A stretch of DNA of 64,000 bases, taken from assembly GCA_039804105.1 (NCBI GenBank), contig JBDRZU010000001.1, positions 960,001 through 1,024,000 of the forward strand, written 5' to 3'. The translations under genes and the position numbers were made by a program. Under the pieces are notes generated by a model. That model saw only the letters and a program-made list of their open reading frames with translations, ran no database searches and had not been told where the DNA came from. Positions within the stretch are counted from its first letter, which is position 1. Each line of letters begins with the position of its first letter. This DNA comes from a candidate division WOR-3 bacterium (GTDB lineage Bacteria > Hydrothermota > 32-111). Of the stretch, positions 21,390 through 31,651 are shown in pieces.

Positions 21390-21912
21390 TCTCGAAATAT
21401 TCCCATAAGAGAAGTGCAGCGAGGGTTTTACCATCTATTATATTTTCCTTCAATATAAAATCCCTAAGTTCGGTTTTTTTTATTTTAATCACATCTATAT
21501 TCTCATCAAAATCCTTCTCCTTTTCATTTTCGACAAGATCCTTTGCAAGAAAAATATGTAGAATTTCATTTAAAAAACCAGGCGAAGATGCAATACTTTT
21601 CAATTTTTGTAAGTTATTAGAAATAAAACCTATTTCCTCCGATAGTTCCCTGTTTGCTGCCACAACAGGATCTTCTCCTTCTTCGAGTGTTCCCGCAGGA
21701 ATCTCTATCATATATTTTTTGAAAGGGTATCTGTACTGTTTAACAAAAAACACTGAATTGGTTTTCTCATCAAATGGGATAATTGCAACAGAACCTCTAT
21801 GCAAAACAACTTCTCTAAAAGTTTCTCTTCCGGATGGAAGTATAACGGTATCTTTTCTCAAACTCAATATTTTTCCCGTATAGATCAGTTCTGAATGTTT
21901 TGTTTTTTCCAT
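21382..21912 (-). CDS. nudF: NUDIX hydrolase, ADP-ribose pyrophosphatase type
   Basis: Nudix box EIPAGTLEEGEDPVVAANRELSEEIG; QYRYP; SPG. Confidence 0.85.
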   Translation of the reverse strand: MEKTKHSELIYTGKILSLRKDTVILPSGRETFREVVLHRGSVAIIPFDEKTNSVFFVKQYRYPFKKYMIEIPAGTLEEGEDPVVAANRELSEEIGFISNNLQKLKSIASSPGFLNEILHIFLAKDLVENEKEKDFDENIDVIKIKKTELRDFILKENIIDGKTLAALLLWEYFEND

Positions 21913-21914
21913 TT

Positions 21915-22937
21915 TTAATCTCCAATAAAAGTTTGTTCTTTTAATTTTTCTATACTTTTTTTACCTATTCCAGGTAATTTTTCGAGTTCATCATAAGAGT
22001 TAATTTTACCATTTATCAAACGATAAATATATATTCTTCTTAAAACAGTTTTACTCAACCCTTCGAGTGAAAGAATTTCTTCATAAAACGCTCCGTTTAG
22101 ATTTATTTTTTCTTTTTTTATAAAACCTTTTATCTTTTTCGCTTTTACTGGTATATCAAATGTAACCTTGTTGGTTTTAATTTTTTGCAAGGTATAATAT
22201 TTATTCTCTCGATACAAGGAAAATCTAATGTCATTTGAAACTGAAAAATAGGGATGAACAAAGTTTGAATACTCTATCATATATGGAAATTTAACAACCT
22301 GTAGACCAAAAAATATTCTCTTTTCACTATCTAAGGAAACATTTACTTTAAAATTATCATACATCTGATATGCAACCTTTCCAGTAAAAACAAAACCATC
22401 ACGATAAAAAGTTTCAAACTGGATATCGAATTCATTTTTCGAATATCCAATTAAAAATATAGAACCATTCTTATACTCTTTTATAAAATAGGAAGAGATG
22501 ATATAAAAATTTTCCTCTTTTATCATCCCCGAAACTATCAACCCAAATTTGAAGTTGTTTACACTATCACAAAAATCTTTGAAACTTACATAGGGAGAAA
22601 TACCTATTTTTATATTCGTTGCGTTGTAGGCCCCTTTCAAAGATAAATTATAACCCCTGTAAATATTATTAAAATCACTTATCAAAAGATGACCGAAAGA
22701 AAATTTTTTAAAGTTATAATTTGAGAGAGAATAAAAATTATTTAAATCTTTAATCAAAAATCTGTTGGAGCATCCAAAAGTCAAATAGTTGTAGGAAACA
22801 TTTTTGTTGAAAGGTAAAAGATCTTCGAAAATATTACAGAAGTTTAGATCCGATGAAAAAAATGTTGTTGAAAATATTTTAAGTTTAAAAATAAGAATCA
22901 AAACAATTAAACATTTTTTTGATATCACCCTTCCCAT
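21915..22937 (-). CDS. Envelope protein with C-terminal ComEA-like helix-hairpin-helix domain
   Basis: INLN...L.GL...I..YR...G.I.S.DELEKLPGIGKKSIEKLK. Confidence 0.7.
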   Translation of the reverse strand: MGRVISKKCLIVLILIFKLKIFSTTFFSSDLNFCNIFEDLLPFNKNVSYNYLTFGCSNRFLIKDLNNFYSLSNYNFKKFSFGHLLISDFNNIYRGYNLSLKGAYNATNIKIGISPYVSFKDFCDSVNNFKFGLIVSGMIKEENFYIISSYFIKEYKNGSIFLIGYSKNEFDIQFETFYRDGFVFTGKVAYQMYDNFKVNVSLDSEKRIFFGLQVVKFPYMIEYSNFVHPYFSVSNDIRFSLYRENKYYTLQKIKTNKVTFDIPVKAKKIKGFIKKEKINLNGAFYEEILSLEGLSKTVLRRIYIYRLINGKINSYDELEKLPGIGKKSIEKLKEQTFIGD

Positions 22938-22975
22938 ATAAGTATTCTAAAAAATAATAAAAAAATGTAAAGAGA

Positions 22976-23710
22976 TTATTTCATGTTTCCAGTTATTGAG
23001 TCATGAATTTTCTTATCCTGAAAATTATCAAAATTGGTTGTTGACACAATTTCGTTTATCAAACTATCATACAGATCAAATTTCTTATTTGCTTTGTAAG
23101 TTTCCGCAAGAAAAAGTTTCCCTGTTATCGAATTTTGATTTTTTTCAATATATTTTTTCAAAAAAATTTCAGACTTTTCAAATGATTGCCAATTCGTATA
23201 ATACGGTACTTTTGGTGTTATATAAAACAATCTCCCAAGTATTAAAAATGCTCCATAATCATCGATTTCAGGTTTTTTTTCAACAACGATTTCAGCATAT
23301 TTTTTTATTTTGTTTGGAATATTCATTTTAACAGCATCCCAAATATTACATGTTTTAGCATATCGTCCATACAAAATTGTTAAACAATAGTAGATTTCCG
23401 GTGAATCACTCTCTTTTAACAGACTCTCAAGGTAATCGATCAGTTTTTTGTACTCTTTCTTTTTCCTTTCACCATCTTGTTCGAAATATTTGTAGTAAAT
23501 ATCAAGACACAAAATATATTCAACCAAAACATCTTTATTTTTTATAAAACTCTCGTTTTTATCTTTTAAATCTTCTATGCTCTCTATCAATTTTTCTTTG
23601 AAAAGTTTCTCATCAAAAAAAAGTTGTTTTTCCTTTCTGCACGAATCAAATGCAATAATTTTTTCATTTATTAAAAGAAGAGCCAAAACAAAAAACCAAA
23701 AATTTTTCAT
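22976..23710 (-). CDS. Secreted TPR-like (TatT-like) protein
   Basis: Helical repeats, GAFLILGRLFY..P; start at MKNFW overlaps the upstream stop (TAATG). Confidence 0.55.
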   Translation of the reverse strand: MKNFWFFVLALLLINEKIIAFDSCRKEKQLFFDEKLFKEKLIESIEDLKDKNESFIKNKDVLVEYILCLDIYYKYFEQDGERKKKEYKKLIDYLESLLKESDSPEIYYCLTILYGRYAKTCNIWDAVKMNIPNKIKKYAEIVVEKKPEIDDYGAFLILGRLFYITPKVPYYTNWQSFEKSEIFLKKYIEKNQNSITGKLFLAETYKANKKFDLYDSLINEIVSTTNFDNFQDKKIHDSITGNMK

Positions 23711-25011
23711 TAGAAAAATACTTTTGTTGTTAACTCTAAACATCCAAATTTTTCAATCTTTTTAAAATAAGATCTTTCTGTTCCATTTATGTAATAAAAG
23801 GAAAATCCAAACGAAAAATCATCCATAAGATTGAAAGTTATCTTAGGATTTATTAGGAGACCACCCTCGTTTTTTAAATTTTTCCAATCAACTATTTCAT
23901 AAGCAAAATTCAAAGGTTCAAAAAGTATCTTTTCATTAAGAAAACTTATCCTTGAATAGAAAAAGAGGTAATCGTTTAAATTTTCTTCCCCATAAGTACC
24001 CCTTAATCCATGAACAAACTGAGTCATAAAATAATATTTACCAGAAATGTTATAATCAAAACCTATAAGAAAATTAAAAAAGATTTTGTCTTTTGAAAAA
24101 GATGTATCAACTATACCTTTTCCAAAATCAGTTAAATCGATCTTGAATTTGTTATCCCTTATATAGTTATTAACAAAATCAAACCATATCGAAGCATCAG
24201 CGAACGATCCACTAAAACTCAATCCAAAAGTATTCATCCGAGGAAAGTGAAATTTGGCATCAGCGAACGCCAATATTGGTGTAACCATTTGTATTTTCAA
24301 GTTTGAAGGTAAAGGTGTTGTTGTTCGGGTATATCCATAAAAACAGGATGTGTGAAAATTATTGATATCTTTTAAAATTTCTATAAACAATTCACTACTT
24401 TGAAAAATGTTTTCAGGATAAATGATACTATCTTTTATGTTAAGATTACCAAAATAATCTTTGAGATCGATATATCCTTTTGGAAGAATTGATGGAACAA
24501 AAAAAGGAGAATAGATGATATTCAAATCAAAAAATTTAAAGTATGATTCAACAAGAAACATTCCCTTCGTTACCTTTCTATCCATTCTCAGTGGATCTGA
24601 CAGATCATCCGGGTTAACAATATCAGCAGGAGAAACTGTGAATCCTTTCCCTATATTGTAAAATGTTTTTCCAACAGTAACATCAATGAAGTCAAATGGA
24701 TATTTTCTAAAAAAAATCTTTGCCTCATAGATTTTAAAAAAGTTTTTATTAAAATTCTCTGTATCTGTTAATCCTTTTATATTTTTTATAACCACTGATA
24801 AATCATTTTCAAATTGAATATCAAAATATAAATCCAATTTTTCGTTAAAGTTTTTTTTGGATTCTGCCTCAAAGAACAATATATCTGATAAAATATTCCC
24901 ATCGAACACAAACAACCTTGAATTATTTTCAACCTTACTACTGATATCAAATCCAGAAATCGTGAAAAAAAACTGGATACTGGTAATAAGAAAAAAAATT
25001 TTTTTCATCAT
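23710..25011 (-). CDS. Putative outer-membrane beta-barrel protein
   Basis: Signal peptide, amphipathic strands, terminal Phe; same operon as LolA-like and MMPL genes. Confidence 0.6.
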   Translation of the reverse strand: MMKKIFFLITSIQFFFTISGFDISSKVENNSRLFVFDGNILSDILFFEAESKKNFNEKLDLYFDIQFENDLSVVIKNIKGLTDTENFNKNFFKIYEAKIFFRKYPFDFIDVTVGKTFYNIGKGFTVSPADIVNPDDLSDPLRMDRKVTKGMFLVESYFKFFDLNIIYSPFFVPSILPKGYIDLKDYFGNLNIKDSIIYPENIFQSSELFIEILKDINNFHTSCFYGYTRTTTPLPSNLKIQMVTPILAFADAKFHFPRMNTFGLSFSGSFADASIWFDFVNNYIRDNKFKIDLTDFGKGIVDTSFSKDKIFFNFLIGFDYNISGKYYFMTQFVHGLRGTYGEENLNDYLFFYSRISFLNEKILFEPLNFAYEIVDWKNLKNEGGLLINPKITFNLMDDFSFGFSFYYINGTERSYFKKIEKFGCLELTTKVFF

Positions 25012-25742
25012 TGCTCCTTTAAAAATCTATCCGTAAAAATATCATCTGAAAGGTTAGTATCAAAAAAAATACTATCGTAGTTCATTATCGTTTGATGGTC
25101 ATTTTCAATATTTTTCATAATCATCTCTTTTGCAACATAATAACTTTTTATCTTTTCTATTTTTTTTCTCTCAAGTATTTTGGAACATTTTCCTTTTTCA
25201 AAAAATTCTATTTTGATCGGAATATAAAATCTCTTATCAACGGTTATCAAAAGTTTTTCATAAAAACTGTTTTTTTCCTTTTTCGGAAAAAGTTCAAGTA
25301 AAAACAGAGAATCGTTTTCATTCAATATTTTACCTGTATAATCCCTTGCAAAACTTGACATCTCCATATCCTCATAAGTAAAATCAGTTCCTGAAAATGA
25401 ACCATTTTTTGATTGAGAGGTTATATTTTTAATTTTTTTATATGCTGGAAGATAAATATGCATAATATTTCCTGGTAGAGACAAAAAACCAAGTCCCTTC
25501 TGCTCTTTTGGATAGGTAAATTTTCCAACCCTTTTATCCTGTCCTTTTTGATACATTGTAATTTTTCTTATAGATTGATCTTTATTCTTATCGATTAGAG
25601 TGATGGTTATAAAAATTGTTTGATCTTTTGGAGCGTTTGTTATGTTATCTACTTTTTCGAGTATCTTTTCAAGAGTCAACTCATTTGCTCCAAGTGTTAA
25701 AAAGTTTAATATCAATACGAGTGTAACCAAAAAATTTTTCAT
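25008..25742 (-). CDS. Outer-membrane lipoprotein-sorting (LolA-like) protein
   Basis: F..P...KG..FL, YLPA, GSFSGTDFTYEDM, FTDRFL. Confidence 0.85.
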   Translation of the reverse strand: MKNFLVTLVLILNFLTLGANELTLEKILEKVDNITNAPKDQTIFITITLIDKNKDQSIRKITMYQKGQDKRVGKFTYPKEQKGLGFLSLPGNIMHIYLPAYKKIKNITSQSKNGSFSGTDFTYEDMEMSSFARDYTGKILNENDSLFLLELFPKKEKNSFYEKLLITVDKRFYIPIKIEFFEKGKCSKILERKKIEKIKSYYVAKEMIMKNIENDHQTIMNYDSIFFDTNLSDDIFTDRFLKEQ

Positions 25743-25744
25743 TT

Positions 25745-27946
25745 TTACTCCTTTTCTTTTAGTGAATTTGAAAGAATGATAACCGTTGAAAAACCTGCTA
25801 TAAGCATTGTAAGCATAATTAAAAGACCAAAGTTTGATAGAGGTTTTAAGTTTGATAATATAAGTATCGCAAAACCAGCTGCTACAGTTAGAACATTTGT
25901 TAAAATAGCTTTGCCCGTTGTTAAAAGAGTTATCCTTCTTACTTCTTTAAAATCATTATTCTTTTTTTGTTCATGTTTCATTCTTATCATATAGTGTATA
26001 GAATAATCTATACCTATTCCTACTGCGATAGAACCAATCAGATTAGTTGCAATATCAAGAGGGATTTTCAGTAATGACATCAAACCGTAAATGCATATTA
26101 TAGTCACAAAAATTGGAACGACACCTTTGATACCCTTTTTGATAGATTTGAAAACGATTGAATGTAAAATTAATATTAGAACTAATGATAGAGAGGTCGA
26201 AAGAACGGTTGACCTAAGTATTGTTTGGTCAAGTTCTACATATATTGACGGCATTCCGGTCACTTCGAATTTTACATTTTTTTCGATGCTTTTTATTCCC
26301 CTTTCAAGATCGAAGAGTAGTTTTTTGACTTTATCTAATGATAATCCATTTGGAAATGAAGCTTCGATAACCGTTTCACTTTTATCATTTTTAATCAATC
26401 TATTTAAACTTTTTTCTCCTTCCAGTAAGAAATAAAGATTTGATAGTTTTTCATCGTTATCAGGTATTTTTCTTTCGTTTTCGATGATAAAGTTCATCCT
26501 TTTTATAACCTGAACTATTGAGTTGGTATTTTCTATTCCAAGAGAGTCCCTGATAAAATTTTCCAGATTTTCTACCTCTTTTAAATTACAAATATAGTTC
26601 ATGTTACCTTTTGCAAGGATTAAAAATCTTGATGAACCACCAAAATTCTTTTCTATCATATCATTTGAAATTCTAAATTCCGCTTTTTTGTTGAAATAGT
26701 TTATTATATCTGCACTCCTTGAAATTTTAGGCAAAACTGAAATTGATCCTAAAAATAAAACAATAACAAACAGAGTCAAAGGTTTTCTTAGTTTAAGAAT
26801 TCCATCTGCAAAAATTTTAAATTTCTCATCTCCATTTATATCAGAAATAAACTTGTTCTTTTTTTTCGTATAAACCATCAATGATGGAGCAAAAGTAACT
26901 GAAAGTATAAAGGACACCAGAACACCTATCGCAGAAAAAATACCAAACTCTTTTATCATCAAAAGATAGGATCCTCCAACAAAAGACATAAATCCTATAA
27001 AAGTTGTAAGTGCAGCGAGAAAAACTGGTAAAAAAATTTCTTTGAATGAATTCTCTATCGATTCTTTTCTCTTTTGATTCTTACTTTCCTCTTCATAAAC
27101 TTTACTAACAAAATGTATTGAATATGCGCTTCCAACAGCAATGAGTATTATCGGAATAATATTTGAAATTATAGTAACTTTAACTTTCAGTATTGACATT
27201 AGACCAAAGACAACAACTATTGAGATAAAAGAGTTCAGCAGAGGTATGAATACACCTTCAAAACTTCTGTAACTTATTCCAAGAATAAAAATCATAAGAA
27301 GCAAACATGGTAAAATTAATTTTAAAATATCTTTTAAAATAAGATTTCCAACCTCTTCAAGAAGAAAAGGCAATCCACCATAATAGAGTTTGCCTTTTAA
27401 ATCAAGATCTCTTAACAATTTTTTAATCTTTGCACAAACTTTTTGTTGATCAGTATTATCGGCGAAAAATAAAATTATTAAACTTTTTTTCGCATCTTCT
27501 GAAAGAAACTTTTTTTTAAAAAATTCATCCTCTAAAAAGATTTTTTCTTTGTCGAAAAGATAATTTTGATCATTTAAGGAATCCATTGATAAAACCTTTT
27601 TAATTAGAATATCATCGTTTTCACTTTTTATATCAACTATATTTGTTAAAGAATTAACACGATTGATACCTTCTATCTCTTCTAATTTTTTCGTTATAAG
27701 ATTTATCTCTTCAAGCGATCGCTTGGAAAAAATTCTGTCATTTTCATAAACTATAAGCCCTGTTAAACTTCCTCCATATTCGGTACCTATTCTTTTGAAA
27801 TTTCTTACTATCTGCTCATCCTCTGGAAGATAATCTATAACATTTGGATTTATTTTTAACTTTAAAGCAAAAAAACCCATCAATAATGTCAACAACAATG
27901 TTAAAATAATAGTATACTTACTGTTTTTTAGTATCAATTTTTCCAC
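25745..27946 (-). CDS. RND-superfamily MMPL transporter
   Basis: Two TM bundles; AVGSAYSIH and GIGIDYSIH; TGKAI. Confidence 0.9.
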   Translation of the reverse strand: MEKLILKNSKYTIILTLLLTLLMGFFALKLKINPNVIDYLPEDEQIVRNFKRIGTEYGGSLTGLIVYENDRIFSKRSLEEINLITKKLEEIEGINRVNSLTNIVDIKSENDDILIKKVLSMDSLNDQNYLFDKEKIFLEDEFFKKKFLSEDAKKSLIILFFADNTDQQKVCAKIKKLLRDLDLKGKLYYGGLPFLLEEVGNLILKDILKLILPCLLLMIFILGISYRSFEGVFIPLLNSFISIVVVFGLMSILKVKVTIISNIIPIILIAVGSAYSIHFVSKVYEEESKNQKRKESIENSFKEIFLPVFLAALTTFIGFMSFVGGSYLLMIKEFGIFSAIGVLVSFILSVTFAPSLMVYTKKKNKFISDINGDEKFKIFADGILKLRKPLTLFVIVLFLGSISVLPKISRSADIINYFNKKAEFRISNDMIEKNFGGSSRFLILAKGNMNYICNLKEVENLENFIRDSLGIENTNSIVQVIKRMNFIIENERKIPDNDEKLSNLYFLLEGEKSLNRLIKNDKSETVIEASFPNGLSLDKVKKLLFDLERGIKSIEKNVKFEVTGMPSIYVELDQTILRSTVLSTSLSLVLILILHSIVFKSIKKGIKGVVPIFVTIICIYGLMSLLKIPLDIATNLIGSIAVGIGIDYSIHYMIRMKHEQKKNNDFKEVRRITLLTTGKAILTNVLTVAAGFAILILSNLKPLSNFGLLIMLTMLIAGFSTVIILSNSLKEKE

Positions 27947-28532
27947 TCTTGACTCCTTTTGAAATTCCGTAGAAAAAAATTTCTAACATTGATCGAATAA
28001 CTTTTTCCACATAACCGAATTCGACTTCAGATGTCCATCTATATTCAAAACCTTTCATAGCTACAACAAAGGATTCGGCAGTCAGAGAAACATCTATATT
28101 TTTTAGTTCACCTTTTTTTACACCATCCTTTAAAATATCTTCTATAAACTTTTCCTCCTCTATATCAAACTTTTTCCTCAATTGTTGTACAAATTCAAAT
28201 TGCCTGTAATAATCCTCCTTGAATGTCTGATAAAAGTTTGCCACATCTTTTAAAAGTCTGTATCTATTCAAAACATATGTTTGTAACTTTTCCTTAGTTG
28301 TTTTCTTTTCTACAATCGATTGAAAAAGTTTTTCTTTCAAATATATTATCTCTCTCTCAATAACTTCAATAAACACTTCTTCTTTTGTTCTAAAATAGTA
28401 ATATAAAGCGCCCTTTTTCTTTCCAACCGCTTTTGCAATGTCATCCATTGTTGTTTTCTCATAGCCGTATCTTGCAAAAATCTGGTTTGCTTTTTTTAAA
28501 ATTTCCTCTTTTACATTTTTTTCTTTTTTCAT
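27918..28532 (-). CDS. TetR/AcrR family regulator
   Basis: FARYGYEKTTMDDIAKAVGKKKGALYYYFRTKEE HTH. Confidence 0.93.
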   Translation of the reverse strand: MKKEKNVKEEILKKANQIFARYGYEKTTMDDIAKAVGKKKGALYYYFRTKEEVFIEVIEREIIYLKEKLFQSIVEKKTTKEKLQTYVLNRYRLLKDVANFYQTFKEDYYRQFEFVQQLRKKFDIEEEKFIEDILKDGVKKGELKNIDVSLTAESFVVAMKGFEYRWTSEVEFGYVEKVIRSMLEIFFYGISKGVKSGKIDTKKQ

Positions 28533-28541
28533 AAACTCTCC

Positions 28542-28592
28542 TTTGACTTTTTGACTTTTTTAGTATTATAGTCAAAAAGTCAAATTAGTCAA
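28542..28592 (-). promoter_or_regulatory. TetR operon promoter with overlapping 15-bp perfect inverted repeat (probable operator)
   Basis: TTTGACTTTTTGACT (28542-28556), 13 bp, AGTCAAAAAGTCAAA (28570-28584); minus-strand TTGACT (28592-28587), 16 bp, TATAAT (28570-28565). Confidence 0.8.
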
Positions 28593-28627
28593 GTGTATGT
28601 AAAAAATTCATTTTTTATGAGGAAATT

Positions 28628-29629
28628 TTATTTTCTTTTACAGAAATAGATATCGGACTCTATCATCGTATCGTTTCTAAAAAAATGATGAACAAAATAG
28701 AGATTCCCTTGTTCATCAAGAGTTGGTTCACCGGCGAACTGTGAAACCATCAACTCTGGTTCACACCATGTATTGTTAATTCTTTTTGATCTAAAAATCG
28801 CAGGTGTTCCCATATATGTTCTTGAAAACCAAAATTCTTTTCCATCTTTTGAAACGAATGGGTAACCTTCATCACCAACCGTGTTAGCAACTTCGAAATT
28901 GACGGGTTCACTCCAGCTATCATTGTTTTTAAAAGTGTACCAGATATCCAGCCCTCCTTTCCCATCACTTCTTGTTGAATGGAAAAAAAGTGTATCTTTG
29001 TGAAGATGAACTTCTCCTATCTTGTATTCTTTCATGAGTAGATCTCCGCAGTATTTCCAGTTTGTCCATTTTTCACCATCGAACTCTGCTACGAACATAT
29101 TGACTCCTTCATACCCCTCCCTTACAGAAGCAAACCACATGATTGAATCTTCAACACAAACTGCACCATCTAAAGAAATCTTCCCCGGTTCTATCAACCA
29201 GACCCTGTTTGCCTCTTGCCAGATCCCATTTTCATATTTAGAAAGCCAAACTCCAGTAACACTATCGAATATCTGTTTTTCAACAGAAATTCTTATATCG
29301 GGAGTGAAAAAAAAGTATAAAGTTTTTCCATCAGGTAATACGAAAGGAGAATCCTCCGCTCCTTTCGTATTCACTCCTCCCTGAACGGGAACGGGTTGTT
29401 CAAATTCGTTTGAATAGAGTAATGGAGCGTGTTGATCCATATCAGGAGTAACTTTTGTTATATCATCTGGTAATTTTTCGATTCTACTAATAATCGGATA
29501 TTGATTATCTTTAAAAAAATTACATCCCAGTATAAAAAATAATACCAAAATTATTATTAAGATTTTTTTCAATTTAATTTCACTTTTAACACTTTTACTC
29601 GCAGAAAAGAAAATTTTACAGTTTTTCAA
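28628..29629 (-). CDS. TolB/PD40-like beta-propeller lipoprotein
   Basis: Lipobox ILGC; repeats VNT.G.E.SP..PDGK.LYF and NT.GDEGYPFVSKDGKEFWFSR. Confidence 0.75.
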   Translation of the reverse strand: MKNCKIFFSASKSVKSEIKLKKILIIILVLFFILGCNFFKDNQYPIISRIEKLPDDITKVTPDMDQHAPLLYSNEFEQPVPVQGGVNTKGAEDSPFVLPDGKTLYFFFTPDIRISVEKQIFDSVTGVWLSKYENGIWQEANRVWLIEPGKISLDGAVCVEDSIMWFASVREGYEGVNMFVAEFDGEKWTNWKYCGDLLMKEYKIGEVHLHKDTLFFHSTRSDGKGGLDIWYTFKNNDSWSEPVNFEVANTVGDEGYPFVSKDGKEFWFSRTYMGTPAIFRSKRINNTWCEPELMVSQFAGEPTLDEQGNLYFVHHFFRNDTMIESDIYFCKRK

Positions 29630-30712
29630 ATCTTTTTATTATTGTTTTTTATTGTCATAATTGTTTTCTCATCAAGTCCCAAAATATTTTTCATTACATC
29701 TATGGTTTTTTCATCTATATTTTTTATCATTTCTTCTTCTTGATAGAGTGCGGTTCTTCTGTCCATTTGATTATCGTTTATCATATTACAATAACTGAAA
29801 GCATCTTTTGTGCAGCCATATAGTTTATAAAATGCCCAGTTCATCACTGGATGAATTTTACAGTCGTTTCTCCATGTTGAAATATGACTTTTGTCTTTTT
29901 GCCATCCGAGTTCTGCAATAATAGTGTTTTTGATCTCTTCTCTATTCCATTCAACATAATCAAAAAATGAAATTTCTTTTATATTCTTTTCTTTCAATTT
30001 AAAAATTTTGCTTTTCAATGAATTCCCTGGAACATAAAACTCAAGTTTAAAAAGAAAAAATAGAATATTAGCGATTATTAGATTTTTATTGAAAAATTTA
30101 TTTTTTGGATTCTTAAAAAACTCTTTATATTGTTGTCTATAATAACTAGAAACATCAACCAATCTCTCAACTGTTGCTTCATTTGAAGAATTACCCCATA
30201 AAATGAGAGGAATTTTTTTGCGATGCTACCTTATAAACCGCAGCTTTCTGTCCAAAAGCACATGCAGAACACATATTGTTTATAATTCCAAAAGGACCAG
30301 TTGAACTTGTTGCTTTAATAAGATTCTTTGTTATAAAAAATGGCAGTTTGAATCTCGATTTCAAAACCATAAAATCGGTTTTTAAAATTCTACAACTATT
30401 TTCAATATTTTTTCTTGCCTGTTCATTTACAAAATCGTTATCAAAACTAACTGCAAGAACTTTTAGTTTTAATTTTTTTACAGAATAATAAAGAACAAAT
30501 GTTGAATCTCTTCCACCACTTACAGGTACAACAGCATCATATATTTTATTTCGATTTTTTAACTTCTTTGTTTCCAATATTATCTCTTTTAGATTTTCTT
30601 CTCCCTTTTCTTTGATGTGAGTATAACTTGAACAAAGAGAACAGATACCATTTGAATCAAATTTAATATTGGGAACAGTATCAGGTGTTATACATTTTTT
30701 ACATCTTTTTAT
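29626..30712 (-). pseudogene. N-acetyl sugar amidotransferase-like (WbpG/PP-loop) gene with ATA at the start position and a frameshift in an A7 run
   Basis: Reads IKRCKKCITPDTVPNIKFDSNGICSLC...VPVSGGRDS; after T7 at 30213-30219 the motif IPLILWG continues in the frame of ORF 29626-30162. Confidence 0.75.
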
Positions 30713-30793
30713 AATTAAATTTTATATATAATCAAGAAAAAAACAACAAATTTTTAATATTGACTATATCCTCATTCGTATTAAAATTTTAAT

Positions 30794-31651
30794 ATGAAAT
30801 TTAAAGACATTATTTTTTTGATATTTTTTTTGTTTTTCTTCTCATGTTCAAAACTTACTAACAAAGCGAAAAATATGGAGGACTATATTATTTACGAAAC
30901 CAAAGACTTGAATCAGATCTCTTTAGAAAATTTTATAAAAAAATTAAATGAGTACGACATAATCCTTTTTGGTGAAAAACATGATGATGAATTCACACAC
31001 AGATTAGAGTTGATGATCTTTGAATACATGTTTAAAAACAACAAAAAATTAGCATTGTCTCTTGAAATGTTTGAAAGGGATGTTCAAAATGTTCTTGATT
31101 CTTATTTAAAAAATGAAATTACAGAAAATGAGTTTTTACAGAGTTCAAGACCCTGGCCTAATTATTCAACTGATTACAAACCATTAATAGAATTTGCAAA
31201 AGTTAACAAAATACCTGTCATCGCATCAAATATTCCAAGAAAGTTTGCATCGATCATATCAAAATCTGGAAAGGACTCCCTTTATAAAATTGAAGATATA
31301 AAACATCTTTTTTTTGAGCCTGTTGTTGATCTTCAGTCATATAAAGAAAAATTCTTCGAATTCATGTCTTCAATTGTTCCATCGTCACCTATGGGAAATC
31401 TTAACAAAGAGAATACCTATATTTCTCAACTTTTTAAAGATGCAACAATGGCGGGCTCTATAAAAAATTTTTTGGATCATCACCACAACTACACAGTTTT
31501 ACATCTAACTGGAGAGTTCCATTCAAATTATCATCTTGGCATCTATCCTCAATTAAAAAAGATGATGCCCGACAAAAAAATAGCAACGATAGCTGTTGTA
31601 GATTCAAAAGATTTTGATCCATTTCTGGCTGATTTTATTATCATCAAATGA
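30794..31651 (+). CDS. ChaN family (heme-uptake) lipoprotein
   Basis: FFSC lipobox, FGEKHD, LSLEMFERD, ASNIPR, GEFH. Confidence 0.85.
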   Translation: MKFKDIIFLIFFLFFFSCSKLTNKAKNMEDYIIYETKDLNQISLENFIKKLNEYDIILFGEKHDDEFTHRLELMIFEYMFKNNKKLALSLEMFERDVQNVLDSYLKNEITENEFLQSSRPWPNYSTDYKPLIEFAKVNKIPVIASNIPRKFASIISKSGKDSLYKIEDIKHLFFEPVVDLQSYKEKFFEFMSSIVPSSPMGNLNKENTYISQLFKDATMAGSIKNFLDHHHNYTVLHLTGEFHSNYHLGIYPQLKKMMPDKKIATIAVVDSKDFDPFLADFIIIK

